DNA of 64,000 bases from Octopus sinensis (taxonomy: Eukaryota). A program made the position numbers and the translations under genes. Positions within the stretch are counted from its first letter, which is position 1, and each line of letters opens with the position of its first letter. The stretch lies in the NCBI RefSeq assembly GCF_006345805.1, contig NW_021832832.1, forward strand, positions 1 to 64,000. The letters run 5' to 3'. The notes under the pieces were generated by a model, which was given only the letters and a program-made list of their open reading frames with translations, was not told where the DNA came from and searched no databases. Below, one piece after another: positions 1-11,656 of this stretch.

Positions 1-296
1 TTCAGAATGAATTACGCTATTTCGTAAGCAAAACGGCACAAAATTACATTGAATGGTCTCACCGCACGATTTCCCACTTGCTATGCGCAACTTTCTCTAG
101 GGATGATCGTGAAGAAACTGAATGGAATTGTATGGGACTTTTAATTTTCAATGTTACTCCTGTCGTTTTCTGTATTAGTCATTCTTAGTACTACTGGTAA
201 CACATACCTTGGCGTCTGGTAGGCAACTAAACTCTGGTGCTCACGTTAAGCGAGCAGTCAAGACATGGCATTGCTCGAAATCGATTTCCAGGCGTC

Positions 297-600
297 ATGT
301 ATGTATGTATGTATTTATGTATGTATGTATGTATGGATGGATGGATTGATAGATGTATGTATGTATGTAGCATGCATGTATGCATGTATGTATGTATGGA
401 TGGATGGATGGATGGATTGATAGATGTATGTATGTATGTATACATGTATGTATGTATGGATAGATGTGTGTTGTATGTATGTATGTATGTATGTAGATGG
501 ATGGATTATAGATGATATGTATGTATACATGTATGTATGTATGGATGGATGTGTGTATGTAGGTATGTATGTATGTATGTATGTATGTGTGCATGTGTTC
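297..600. repeat. Compound tetranucleotide microsatellite (GTAT)n/(GGAT)n
   Basis: Direct reading; explains the MYVC/HTYI ORFs. Confidence 0.95.
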
Positions 601-685
601 ATGTCAAGGTAATACATCCTTTGTGCACGTCCTTTTGTCTGTTAATTTTTATTTGTTTATTTCAATTACCTAAAGTATATATATG

Positions 686-738
686 GCAAATGGCGGTGCC
701 CCAGCATGGCCGCAGCTCATTAGCTGAAACTGGAAAAA
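686..738 (+). mobile_element. Isolated retroelement 3' tail fragment (SINE-A / CR1-like LINE tail)
   Basis: GGCGGTGCCCCAGCATGGCCG-CAGCT-CATT-AGCTG-AAAC matches the tail at 5380-5430 and the SINE-A tails. Confidence 0.7.
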
Positions 739-761
739 TCAAATCAATATATATATATGTA

Positions 762-797
<36 letters not shown>

Positions 798-798
<1 letters not shown>

Positions 799-1179
799 TT
801 ATTATCTCCCCTTCTTCCTAACTCTCCTGTCCAAATACCTATTTTTCCAACCAGTCGCCATGATTGACCGCTACAACCACATGTTATTTTTTTATTCTCT
901 CTCTGTTTATTTCCTCGTGTTCCTTTCTGTTGAAGAGCGTAGCCTCGAGACATAGAAGACTTTCTCACATTCCCGAGCATCAAACTAATACACCTGCTTG
1001 TTGTTTATACACCTGTCTTCGTCATTTGTTTTATGAAAATTTCAACCAGCCGACAGATGATGAAGGGTCGTTCTTTATGTTACTTGTCCTGTTTTCCATT
1101 TGTTTCTCTCGTTGTTTGCTTATTGATCTCATTTGTTTTCGTATTTCATGTTGTTTACTGTTGGTGACGTCCTGTACCC
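798..1179 (+). mobile_element. TA-flanked non-autonomous element (H2, probably Penelope-like) with decayed minimal hammerhead-like motif at 923-958
   Basis: Alignable along most of its length with 2304-2682 and in its core with 31616-31797 and 55992-56178; begins at a (TA)n run. Confidence 0.7.
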
Positions 1180-2174
1180 ATATATGCATATATATATATC
1201 CATTTATTCATCAATATACTATGAATGTGTATGTATGATTGTGATTATTTATGTGCGTGTGCATGTTTGTGTGTGTGTATATACAAATGCAAGCATATGT
1301 AATATATATGTATACATATGTACATATATACTCGTACACACATACGACTATATACAAACCCAAACATGTACGGGCATAATTTTATATATACTTCATGCGT
1401 ATTGAGTAACTATAAACGAACATTATATCACACTCATACACATGCAAAAGAAAAACACAAGCATAAATACACACACATACACATAATCTTACATGTAATT
1501 ACATACATATATAAATTATACGTATGTATACAATTTAACTTCGCAACATGTTTTGTGATCTGAATTCCTTGTCTCCATATTTTCGCTAGCAATCTAGCAC
1601 AGTGTATATTTATTATACCATACCTATACCAATTGAGACAGAGAGACAGAGAGAGAGGGGGGGGAGAGAGAGGGGAGAGAGAGAGGGGAGAGAGAGAGAG
1701 GGAGAGAGAGAGAGATCTAGAATGATTTTCGTTGCATGGAATACTTTTCAGTTGAAATCTCTTATTTCTTATCTTACCTCAAAGTTAATCTCTACAGTGA
1801 AAAGAAAAAGAAATAAAGAATTGATGTGCTGTCCTACTTAATTTTATCTTTATCTTTAACTTATAAAATGGCACCTGTTGATAGTTCGATAGTTTAACCA
1901 ACTTGACATTATAAAAATATATTCACGTTGAGATAACAAATGTATTGGTGTTATATACACCGGTCGTACACTAAATAGGAAATGCATTCGATTTCATGCA
2001 AATACAACATTTAAAACAAATATTTGTTGCACATGTACACCATCGATTTTCAGGTAATTGATGGCCAGGTAAATCATATAATCCTTATATTTCTTGCGGT
2101 CATTACCAATAACTTTCTTTGACCAACCTTCATGCATCAGATATGTTTATTCACTAGTAACATAGAGAGGTCGT

Positions 2175-2821
2175 CATAGCTGTGTGGATAAGTAGTTCGC
2201 TTTGCAACCACGCGGAATCATGTTCAATGCTAGCGCGAAGTATACCGCTTGACAACCAGTGTTGGTTTGTTCACGCCTATGTAACCTTAACATCACATAT
2301 ATACTTTATTGTCTCCCCTTCTTCCTAGCTCTCCTGCCCAAATACCGTTTTCCACTCAGTCGCCATGATTGACCGCTAAATCCACAAGTTGATTCTTTTT
2401 AATTCTCTCTCTCTCTCTCCCCTTCCCCCTCTCTCTCTCCCTTCCCCCTCTCTCTCTCTCTCTTTATTTCCTCGTGTTCCTTTCTGTTGCAGACCGTAGT
2501 CTCGAAACGTAAAAGACTTTCTCTCCTTCTCGAGCATCAGACTAATTCTCCTGCTTGTTGTTTATACACCTGTCTTGGTCCTTTGTTTTTCTGTAAATTT
2601 CAGCCAGAAGACAAATGATGAAGGGTCGTTCCTTATGTTACTTGTCATGTTTTCCATTTGTTTCTCTCGTTGTTTGCGTATTGTTGGTTTGTTCACATCC
2701 AAGTAACCTTAACATCACAGTTCGACACAATAAACCGATAGAGTAAGCACCAAACTTGAAAAGTTACAACTGGGTTCGATTTGTTTGACTAAACCATTTA
2801 GGGTTGTGTTCCAGCATGGCC
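2175..2821 (+). mobile_element. Old SINE-A-related copy split by an H2 insertion
   Basis: Head GCTGTGTGGATAAGTAGTTCGC at 2179; tail ...CCAGCATGGCC at 2811-2821; interrupted at 2297-2682. Confidence 0.65.
2297..2682 (+). mobile_element. H2 element copy flanked by a 36-bp direct duplication
   Basis: Homologous to 798-1120; flanks 2261-2296 and 2683-2718 match at 32/36; motif CTTT-CTGTTGC-...-GAAAC-GTA-AAAG at 2480-2515. Confidence 0.75.
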
Positions 2822-2908
2822 AAACACATAACAGGTATCTTGAATGTAGAAACACTGTCTCTATGTATATACAAAAAGTAAAGACGCAAAAATTTTAAGC
2901 TAAATCCA

Positions 2909-3460
2909 TGTGGGTAGTAAAGAAATAGGTATTTCGTCTGCCGTTACGTTCTGAGTTCAAATTCCTCCGAGTTCGACTTTGCCTTTCATCCTTTCGGAGT
3001 CGATTAAGTAAGTACCAGTTACGCACTGGGGTCGATAAAATCGACTTAATCCGTTTGTCTCTCCTTGTTTGTCCTCTCTGTGTTTAGCCCCTTGTGGGTA
3101 GTAAAGAAATAGGTATTTCGTCTGTCTTTATGTTCTGAGTTCAAATTCCACCGAGGTCGACTTTGCCTTTCATCCTCTCGCGGTCGATGAAATAAGTACC
3201 AGTTACGCACTGAGGTCGATAAAATCGACTCAATCCGTTTGTCTGTCCTTGTTTGTCCTCTCTGTGTTTAGCCCCTTGTGGGTAGTAAAGAAATAAGTAT
3301 TTCGTCTGTTTTCATGTTCTGAGTTCAAATCCGCCGAGGTCGACTTGGCTTTTATCTTTTTGGGGTTGAAAAATTAAGTACCAGTTGCATACTGGGGTCG
3401 ATCTAACCGACTGTACCCCTCCCCCAAAATTTCAGGCCTTGTGCCTAGAGTAGAAAAGAA
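2909..3460 (+). mobile_element. Head-to-tail multimer of SINE-B (184-bp headless units)
   Basis: Units start at 2928, 3112 and 3296 (184-bp period), each junction GAAATA|(G/A)GTATTTCG; the last unit has a different tail. Confidence 0.9.
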
Positions 3461-4064
3461 TATACAACCGTAATATTTTTCCACTCTGTGACATTGTGTC
3501 TTTCACATTTGAATTTATTTATTGCATACATATATCTGTGACTGTTTATGTGATATTCTTTGAAGCGAAGCATCTAAGTAAATCGAATACTGAAACTTTC
3601 AAAGTATCGAGCTTAGAGAATGAATGATATTGTAAACTACGTAAGCGTATAACAACGTTGAAGCCTTCTCAATAGTGACAATCATTCGGGAACTCTCTCT
3701 ACATGTTAGTCTCAATGCGCCTCGCTGGGCAGAGTTTGTTTTGACTTCAAGCTGGAGGCCTGTGATAGATACATTATTTATTTTTATCAATAAATTCCTT
3801 CTGTCAGAGGATTAGATAAATTCTTCTAACGTATGGTTATCAAAGACCAATGCTGTTTCATGCAAGAGAAAGTACTGCGAAACCCCCTTTATGGTTTCCG
3901 TTCTTTTCTACTTCGGTTGGTTTTACAGATTTTTATTGACAGATGAAGTGATACAGAAAGGATAGTAAAACTCACCTCCACACACTGACACACAGACAGG
4001 CTCATGGAATGACACACCAATACATGATGTATGTTTAAATGCACATATGTGAGTATATCTAAAT

Positions 4065-4065
4065 G

Positions 4066-4104
<39 letters not shown>

Positions 4105-4196
4105 GTATATATATTATATGTATAATATATATTATGTATATTATATATATGTATATATATATATATATGTATATTGTATATATATATATATATATA

Positions 4197-4265
<69 letters not shown>

Positions 4266-4356
4266 GATATATATATATATGTATATATATATATATGTAT
4301 ATATATGTATATGTATATATATGTATATGTATATATATGTATATATATTATATATG

Positions 4357-4419
<63 letters not shown>

Positions 4420-4440
4420 GTATATATATATATAGTATAT

Positions 4441-4480
<40 letters not shown>
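4065..4480. repeat. Long (TA)n microsatellite with GT interruptions
   Basis: Direct reading. Confidence 0.95.
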
Positions 4481-4851
4481 TGGCAGGGCAAGACTGCTAG
4501 GTAGTCTGCCGCATGCTAGAAATAGATCATCAACGATCAAACTACAAAGAAAGTTCTCTAGAGGAAAAATTCAGCGAACACCAGAACCAAATTTGGCGGG
4601 CGGGACAGATGAAAATTTATATAAAAAACAGAATTAATTAATATATATATATTTTTTTTTCTTGAGAACACATTCTTCATGGAAAATAGCGATTTTGACG
4701 TCTATATCTAGCATATTGACTGTCCACTTTTAGTGGTCAGTCCTTTAAATTTTGTATGTAAAAATATTTTAATCTTCGGATTTTTTTTAATATGCTAGAC
4801 CACTGGTTTTAATGATTAATATCAATTTCTATCCTCATTCAATTATATTAT

Positions 4852-4890
<39 letters not shown>

Positions 4891-4920
4891 GGAATATATA
4901 TAAATAGATACAAATATCTT

Positions 4921-5050
4921 TTGCTTGTTTCATTACTGCAAATGCAGCATGCTGGGCACTGCTTTAAACAGATTTTAGTCTAATAAATCGACCCCCGTGC
5001 ATTTCTTAAGCCTGGTACTATTCTCTTTTCCCGAACCACTAAGTTACAAT
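4921..5050 (-). mobile_element. Degenerate SINE-A-like 3' tail
   Basis: Weak match to the reverse complement of the SINE-A tail (TTGTTTCA..CAGCATGCTGG..TCGACCCC..TATTCT..GAACCACTAAGTTAC). Confidence 0.5.
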
Positions 5051-5077
5051 AAGTTACAATATATAATATATTAGCTA

Positions 5078-5430
5078 GAATGGAACGACACTGCATAGTG
5101 CCAAAGATCCCAGCAATGCCCTCACGCTTCAGGACCAGCTTCTGCAACAGCCTGGGTTCCAAGGGCCCACAGCTTTTTAATATTCTCCCAAAGAGTCTGA
5201 GGAACTTGCACAAAGTAGATGTAGCGGTTTTTAAATCAAAGCGGGACACCTTCCTGCAAGAGTCCCAGATGAACCTTCCTCACGGCAAGAGGTGCAAATG
5301 AGAGTAGCTGTATCAAACTCCATTCTTCCACCAAGTGCCACATTTAGACGAGGTTCGTCGTATAACAGTGTAGCGCAAAACGGCGTGCATCAGCATGGCC
5401 GCAGCTCTGAGCTGAAACTAGAAAAAAATA
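5078..5430 (+). mobile_element. 5'-truncated CR1/L2-group LINE 3' end (ORF2 C-terminus plus 3' UTR stem-loop)
   Basis: Translates to RHCIVPKIP...SLGSKGPQLFNILPKSLRNLHKVDVAVFKSK.DTFL, then after a frameshift VPDEP; this is the GPxLFNxLP...FKxxLDxFLxxxPDxP signature also seen at 24557. Confidence 0.8.
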
Positions 5431-5462
5431 TATATATGTATATATGTATGTATGTATGTATT

Positions 5463-5503
<41 letters not shown>

Positions 5504-5583
5504 ATATGTACAGATGGTCTCACTGACTGAAACTTCAAAGACCCTGTCAATAATATTAATTTCCTGTTTAAGAATAATAAATT

Positions 5584-5699
5584 TGTACCAAATCCACTCA
5601 CAAGTCCTTAATCGGCCCGAGGCTATAGTAGAAGACAATTTCCGAAGGTGCTACGCTGTGGGATTGAACTAGGAACCATGTAGTTGGAAAGCAAGATTT
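5584..5699 (-). mobile_element. Degenerate SINE-A 5' half
   Basis: TACCAAATCCACTCACAAG...GGCCCGAGGCTATAGTAGAAGAC...GGAACCATG matches the SINE-A reverse complement. Confidence 0.75.
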
Positions 5700-6117
5700 G
5701 AGTACACTGCTCGCGTGTCTTCTATATCTACACAATTCAGTAACACTGATACGGTGGATTATCAGTCTGAACTCATCCAGATTATGTCAGACAAGTAGAA
5801 TGCTATCAACTAAAGAGTTCTATAACATGAATTACGTGGAAGCCGATCAGTTATGAGATAGTACTATTGAGCCGCGCGACACGTTTTGCCGTGCATTTAG
5901 CGCGGGACTCTCTGCGACTAAAGTTCATACACTAGTTGTACTACGTCCTATGCACTCTTACTTGTTTTAACGCTAAACACTACGATTATATTGTGTATTA
6001 CTCTTACAGATTCAGTGTCAGATTCTCATATTGCGTTCGCGTTCTGCTAATAGTTATTGAATTGCAAAGGAGGTGGTGTCGGTCGAGTAGAAGGTAGTTG
6101 TGGGTTATGTGTCTGCG

Positions 6118-6279
6118 TATGTGTGTGTATGTATGTATGTATGTATGTATGTATGTATGTATGTATGTATGTATGTATGTATGTGTGTATATGTATGTAT
6201 GGAACGTATGTAATGTATGTATGTATGTATGTATGTATGCATGCATGTATGTATGTATGAATGTGTGTATGTATGTATG

Positions 6280-6310
<31 letters not shown>

Positions 6311-6620
6311 TATATGTACGTATGTATGCATGCATGTATGTATGTATGTATGTATGTATGTATGTATGTATGTATGTATGTATGTATGCATGCATGCATG
6401 CATGCATGCATGCATGCATGCATGTATGTATGTACGTATGTATGTATGTATGTATGTATGTATGTACAGATGGTCTCACTGACTGAAACTTCAAAGACCC
6501 TGTTAATAATATTCCTATTTAAGAATATGTATGTATGTGTATGTATGTATGTGTGTATGTATGTGTGTGTATATGTATGTATGCATGCATGTATGTATGT
6601 ATGTATGTATGTGTGTGTGT
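6118..6620. repeat. (GTAT)n/(GCAT)n microsatellite block
   Basis: Direct reading; interrupted at 6467-6527 by a copy of 5511-5577. Confidence 0.95.
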
Positions 6621-7042
6621 GAATATTCCTAAACGTTGAATCTTAAATGTGATATGCCATTTAGTTCTCAGGCTTTCCTTATAGTACCTTAACTTTCAAC
6701 TTTCATTCTATAAACGCTTTCAGTTCTCCTGTATTGTTTTCTCTTTTTTTTCTCAGCTATTGAAAATATCCATATTGTGAAATTAATAACAATAATAACA
6801 ACAACAATTACGACAGTAACAACAGTAGCAGCACTAACGATTATATCATACTGCGTCGAAACTTACTTATTATTGTACGCTTATGTAAATATTACATCAA
6901 AGAAAAGCGTAATGCGAATAGTAGCAAAGCATTGTCTTCATTCGTGTAAAAGATCTGTTGAAATGTCAGTCGTTAATGCTTCTTAAACTGCATAAATCAC
7001 AGATCAGTGACATCGTTATTATCTCACAATTTTCAACGACAC

Positions 7043-7077
<35 letters not shown>

Positions 7078-7180
7078 TAGTTTTATTTTTATCATGTGCG
7101 CTACACTACCGAGCGCAGCTCTGTGTTCCTTGGGTATGTGCTGTAGTTTGTTGTGATGCTCTTATCAGTATTATTAACGT

Positions 7181-7398
7181 GACAGAGTCGTTAGCACGCC
7201 GGGCGAAATGCGTAGCCGTATTTCGTCTGCCGTTACGTTCTGAGTTCAAATTCCGCCGAGGTCGACTTTGCATTTCATCCTCTCGGGGTCGATAAATAAA
7301 CTACCAGTTTCGCACTGGGTCGATGTAATCGACTTAATCCCTTTGTCTGTCCTTGTTTGTCCCCTCTATGTTTAGCCCTTTGTGGGTAGTAAAGAAAT
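7181..7398 (+). mobile_element. SINE-B (tRNA-derived) ending in an (ATT)n tail
   Basis: B-box GAGTTCAAATTCC, central GTCGACTTTGC..TTTCATCC..GGGGTCGATAAA; same family as the full copy at 48957-49178. Confidence 0.9.
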
Positions 7399-7436
7399 AT
7401 ATTATTATTATTATTATTATTAATATTATTATTATT

Positions 7437-7976
7437 GAGTGAGAGAGCAGTGCATACCATCAAAGTGACACTGGGGTGAAATATAGGAAGCCCACTTTAC
7501 TCATCATGACTACCCGTCTGATAAACGTACACTAGGCACATGCATCACAACCATATGTGCGTGACATGGTGATCTCATATCAAGATAAACAGCACATGAC
7601 CCTTCAGGTGGGGCCCAGTTAGAATTTTCTTCAGGTTGAGTAGCCCATCCCGCTCAAAAGGTCCCTGAATAAGGATGTTGAAAGAAACACCCATGTTTCC
7701 AAAGGGGAATTATTCAAACCCGAAAGAATCCCTCTCAACACATAGCTATGATAATCCCCACTATTCCTGATCGGGATCAGAGATGCACATATCGTCAGCC
7801 ACTAAGGATCATGTTCAACTGGTTAAGGTCAAACAACTGACAGGCAAATCTGTGGTATCGAGCAGAATATTTGCTGTAGCCCATCTTTTATACCAAGACA
7901 AAACAATGTACATAACACTTCAATCAGTTAAGATCAGAAGCCATGAGTACCACTGCCTGGTACTGCATCAGGGCAT
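7437..7976 (-). mobile_element. Unclassified ~540-bp element inserted in (ATT)n (element F)
   Basis: Complex non-coding sequence with (ATT)n on both sides; junction (ATT)n|GAGTG resembles (ATT)n|GAATG at 19974. Strand inferred from that analogy. Confidence 0.5.
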
Positions 7977-7977
7977 A

Positions 7978-7979
<2 letters not shown>

Positions 7980-8070
<91 letters not shown>
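7980..8070. repeat. (ATT)n microsatellite
   Basis: Direct reading. Confidence 0.95.
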
Positions 8071-8071
<1 letters not shown>

Positions 8072-8519
8072 ATTACAATATTGCTTACATGCAACAACAC
8101 ACATAATTTCTTACGTAAACAAAGTACTTTAAGGTTTATAAAGTACATATGCAAAAAATATTCGATATTCGTGCTTTTGCGGGTGTCAAAGATACCGTGA
8201 CATTAGAAAAGATATTCACGTTGAACACATAATTGCTGTGCAACCATTGACATGCGCACACGCTAACGCTCAGAGTTAAACAAAAGTGCATGCGGAATGA
8301 CCTCTTCGAATAGCCAAAACATTGATTTTTCCACAGCAGAAAGTATATTAAAGCGCATGTATACATTTGTGAATTACGTGTTTCTTTTACATTAGGCAAG
8401 AATGTACATTACTTACAGTTCCAGTGGGGTTTGAAGGCGAAATCCTTCTGCCATGATCGTAGCGTGCGTACACGCGAGTATGTGTACGTATATATATGAA
8501 TATACGAATATATATATTA

Positions 8520-8818
8520 CTAGCAGTATCGCCCGGCGTTGCTCGGGTTTGTAAGGGAAATAACTATACAGCATGTTTAGAGAGTTATAGCCAAAAAATA
8601 GCAAAAAATGCATTAAAAATGGAAAAAATATGATGGTAAATTATTTTTAAAATCGTAGACTCATCGTAGACGCGCGCTAATACCCAGAAGGGCTCGATAT
8701 GAATCACGACTATAAGATACCCGGTTTTGGTTAAACTGCACCGCAAAATGTGGGAGTAGTTAGGAATCTAAATCGAAGGGGACAGACACTCACACAACTA
8801 CAGTTTTATATATAAAGA
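8520..8818 (-). mobile_element. Non-autonomous Helitron (299 bp)
   Basis: On the minus strand A|TC...CTAG|T, with hairpin CCCGAGCAACGCCGGG (8532-8547) 12 nt from the 3' end; no TSD; ends shared with 58887-59281. Confidence 0.8.
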
Positions 8819-9079
8819 TGTACGTAAACGTCTACAGTCACACACACACACACAAACACACATACATATATACAGAGATACACAAAAGGAGAATGTTTAC
8901 GTCGCGTAAAATTGAGAGAAAAATAATTCGACACATGTAATCCAGTTTAATATTTTCATACAGAGACCATGACGATGATGGCAGTGCGTGCGCGGATGGG
9001 TGAGTGAGTGAGTGTGTGTCTATGTGTATGCTCTTCATTCATTTATCCTTTCCAAATATGTAATATGTTGTCAGACATC

Positions 9080-9241
9080 GGAGTGGGTGTGTGGTAAATA
9101 GCTTGCTTACGAACCATATGGTTTCGGGTTCAGTCCCACTGCGTGGCACCTTGGGCAAGTGTCCCTCTACTATAGTCTCGGGCCGACCAAAGCCTTGTGA
9201 GTAGAGGGAAAGTGAAAGAAACCCGTCGTATATATATATAT

Positions 9242-9314
<73 letters not shown>

Positions 9315-9546
9315 TGTGTGTGTGTGTGTGTGTATACTTTTGTGAGTCTGTTTGTCCCCGGAACATCGCTTGACAACCGATACTGGTGTGTTTACGTCCC
9401 CGTAACTTACCGGTTCGGCAAAAGAGACCGATAGAATAAGAACTAGGCTTACAAAGAATAAGTCCTGGGGTCGCTTTGCTCGACTAAAGGAGCTGCTCCA
9501 GCATGGCCACAATCAAATGACTGAAACAAGTAAAAGAGTAAAAGAG
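9080..9546 (+). mobile_element. SINE-A (tRNA-derived, CORE-type), near full length
   Basis: A/B boxes, CORE-like CACCTTGGGCAAGT, internal (TA)n(TG)n, tail CTGAAACAAGTAAAAGAGTAAAAGAG. Confidence 0.9.
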
Positions 9547-10188
9547 ACCTGGCTGTTTGACAACGAGATTACATCCCAAAGCCGTGGTTGCACGTTCAAT
9601 CTCACAAATGTTTTTGTTTTTTTTCTACTATAGCCCCGAGCCGATTAATGCCTCATGAATGGATCTAGTAGGCGCTTCTGAATCAACGAAGCATTACAGA
9701 AAAGATGAGCAGTTTTCTTTAGTTACAAAATAGCTTTCAACACGTCACAAATTCGCTTCTTTTCGTATCTAAATGTGTTTGTGGGAGTATGCGCGCGCGT
9801 GTGTGTGTGCGGATTTCTGCGCAATGTCTAATTGAGAATCAAGGTTACAAATTTGATGGAAGGGTTGTCAGTTTCTTGAATGGGATCGAGTGTATTCAGT
9901 AATCATATTCAATGTCGACCTCAGTGAAATATGAGCTCGCTAAGTGAAGAAACGTTTTAGAATGACGTAAAGTATCTAGTCCGGATGTATGTGTAATCAT
10001 ATCATTAAGAACTTAATAACACCGTTTCACGTTATAGAAAATCGAAGATGATATCGACCCCCGAAGACACATTTTCTTGTTTGCGACATGTGACCTAATT
10101 TGACCTTTTGATTTCGTATTCATTCGGTTTTTGACACGTTTCGAATGTAATGAAAATATTATTGAATAAAATGCACGCATATATATTA

Positions 10189-10421
10189 CAGGACTTATAC
10201 TTTGTAAGCCTAGTGCTTATTCTATCTGTCTGGTTTTGCCAAACCGCTAAGTTACGAGGGCGTAAACACACCAACATCGCTTGCCAAGCGATATTGGGGT
10301 GACAAACACAGACACATTTAATTTTTTAATTTTTAACTTTTATATTTTAAAATTAATTTTATGTATTGGCTTATGTTTTTCACTGTTTGATTTGAATAAT
10401 AGTGGTTTTATCTCTAATTCA

Positions 10422-10463
<42 letters not shown>

Positions 10464-10641
10464 ATATTATATAATATATATATATACGACGGGCTTCTTT
10501 CAGTTTCCGTCTACCAAATCCACTCACAAGGCTTTGGTTCACATGAGGCTATAGTAGAAGACACTTGCCCAAGGTGCCACGCAGGGGGACTGAACTCGGA
10601 ACCATGTGGTTGGTCAGCAAGCTACTTACCACACAGCCACT
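10189..10641 (-). mobile_element. SINE-A, 3'-truncated, with an AT-rich insert in its internal microsatellite
   Basis: Reverse-complement match; non-SINE sequence at about 10320-10485. Confidence 0.85.
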
Positions 10642-11267
10642 ATGTTTTTATGAAGAGAGACAGAGATAGAGAGAGGGGGAAGGAAAGACAAGAAGATGTA
10701 GAGACAGATAAAAAAATTGTGTTTTTTATGTTTTTATCAAATAGACAAATGTGACCTACTAAGGAAATTACTCAGTTTAAATTCCATATTTTTCTTTCAT
10801 GTGGCTTTGTCATTTACAAAAATCAAGACTAATATCTGCGTTTACTAATTTATTCCACCAACGTATCACATATTTATTGACTTACGTAGACAACACTTGG
10901 ACTGTTTTTTCTTCTTGTTTTTTTTTAATTAGCACAAACGAATTTAGATACCTATGTGTTACTATTTTCAGCGTGGTCAGGAAAAATCTGTAGGATATCT
11001 GTGAAGACCGGATGTACATCTCTCAGCCAATCAGATAAATCGACTTTGCAGTCCAGAATAGGTTAAGGAAAATATTGTTTAACTACAGTATATAGTTTTC
11101 CCAATCAGGCGACAAATATTTGAGGCAGCACATTACCTTACATACATGTTGTGTTTCTTTTAATTTATAGATACACACATACACCCACTCCCACCCACAG
11201 ACACTTACATGTACACACACACACTTACAGACAGAGGATGGCATTCATGTATATATTAATAAGTTAG

Positions 11268-11320
<53 letters not shown>

Positions 11321-11453
11321 CTGTGTGTGTGTATGTATTAATATATACCTACATGCATCTATACATCAATATCTATCAAACTCTCTCTCTCTCTATCTCT
11401 GTCTGTCTGTCTCTCTCTCTCTCGCTCTCCCTCTCTCTCTCTGTATTTGTATT

Positions 11454-11610
11454 GTGGTTGTGTGGTAAGTAGCTTGCTTACCAACCACATGGTTCCGGGT
11501 TTAGTCCCATTGCGTGGCACATTGGGCAAGTGTCTTCTACTATAGCCTCGGCGCAACAAAAGCCTTGTGAGTGGATCTGGTAGACGGAAACTGATAGAAG
11601 CCTGTCGTAT
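11454..11610 (+). mobile_element. SINE-A 5' half
   Basis: Head through CCTGTCGTAT, ending in (TA)n. Confidence 0.85.
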
Positions 11611-11656
11611 ATATATATATATATATATATATCAAACTGGCACCCGTTACGATGAC

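Noticed and set aside
2928-3460. Regular 184-bp repeats as a CRISPR-like array or satellite
   Set aside because: There are no unique spacers; the units are SINE-B bodies in a eukaryotic context.
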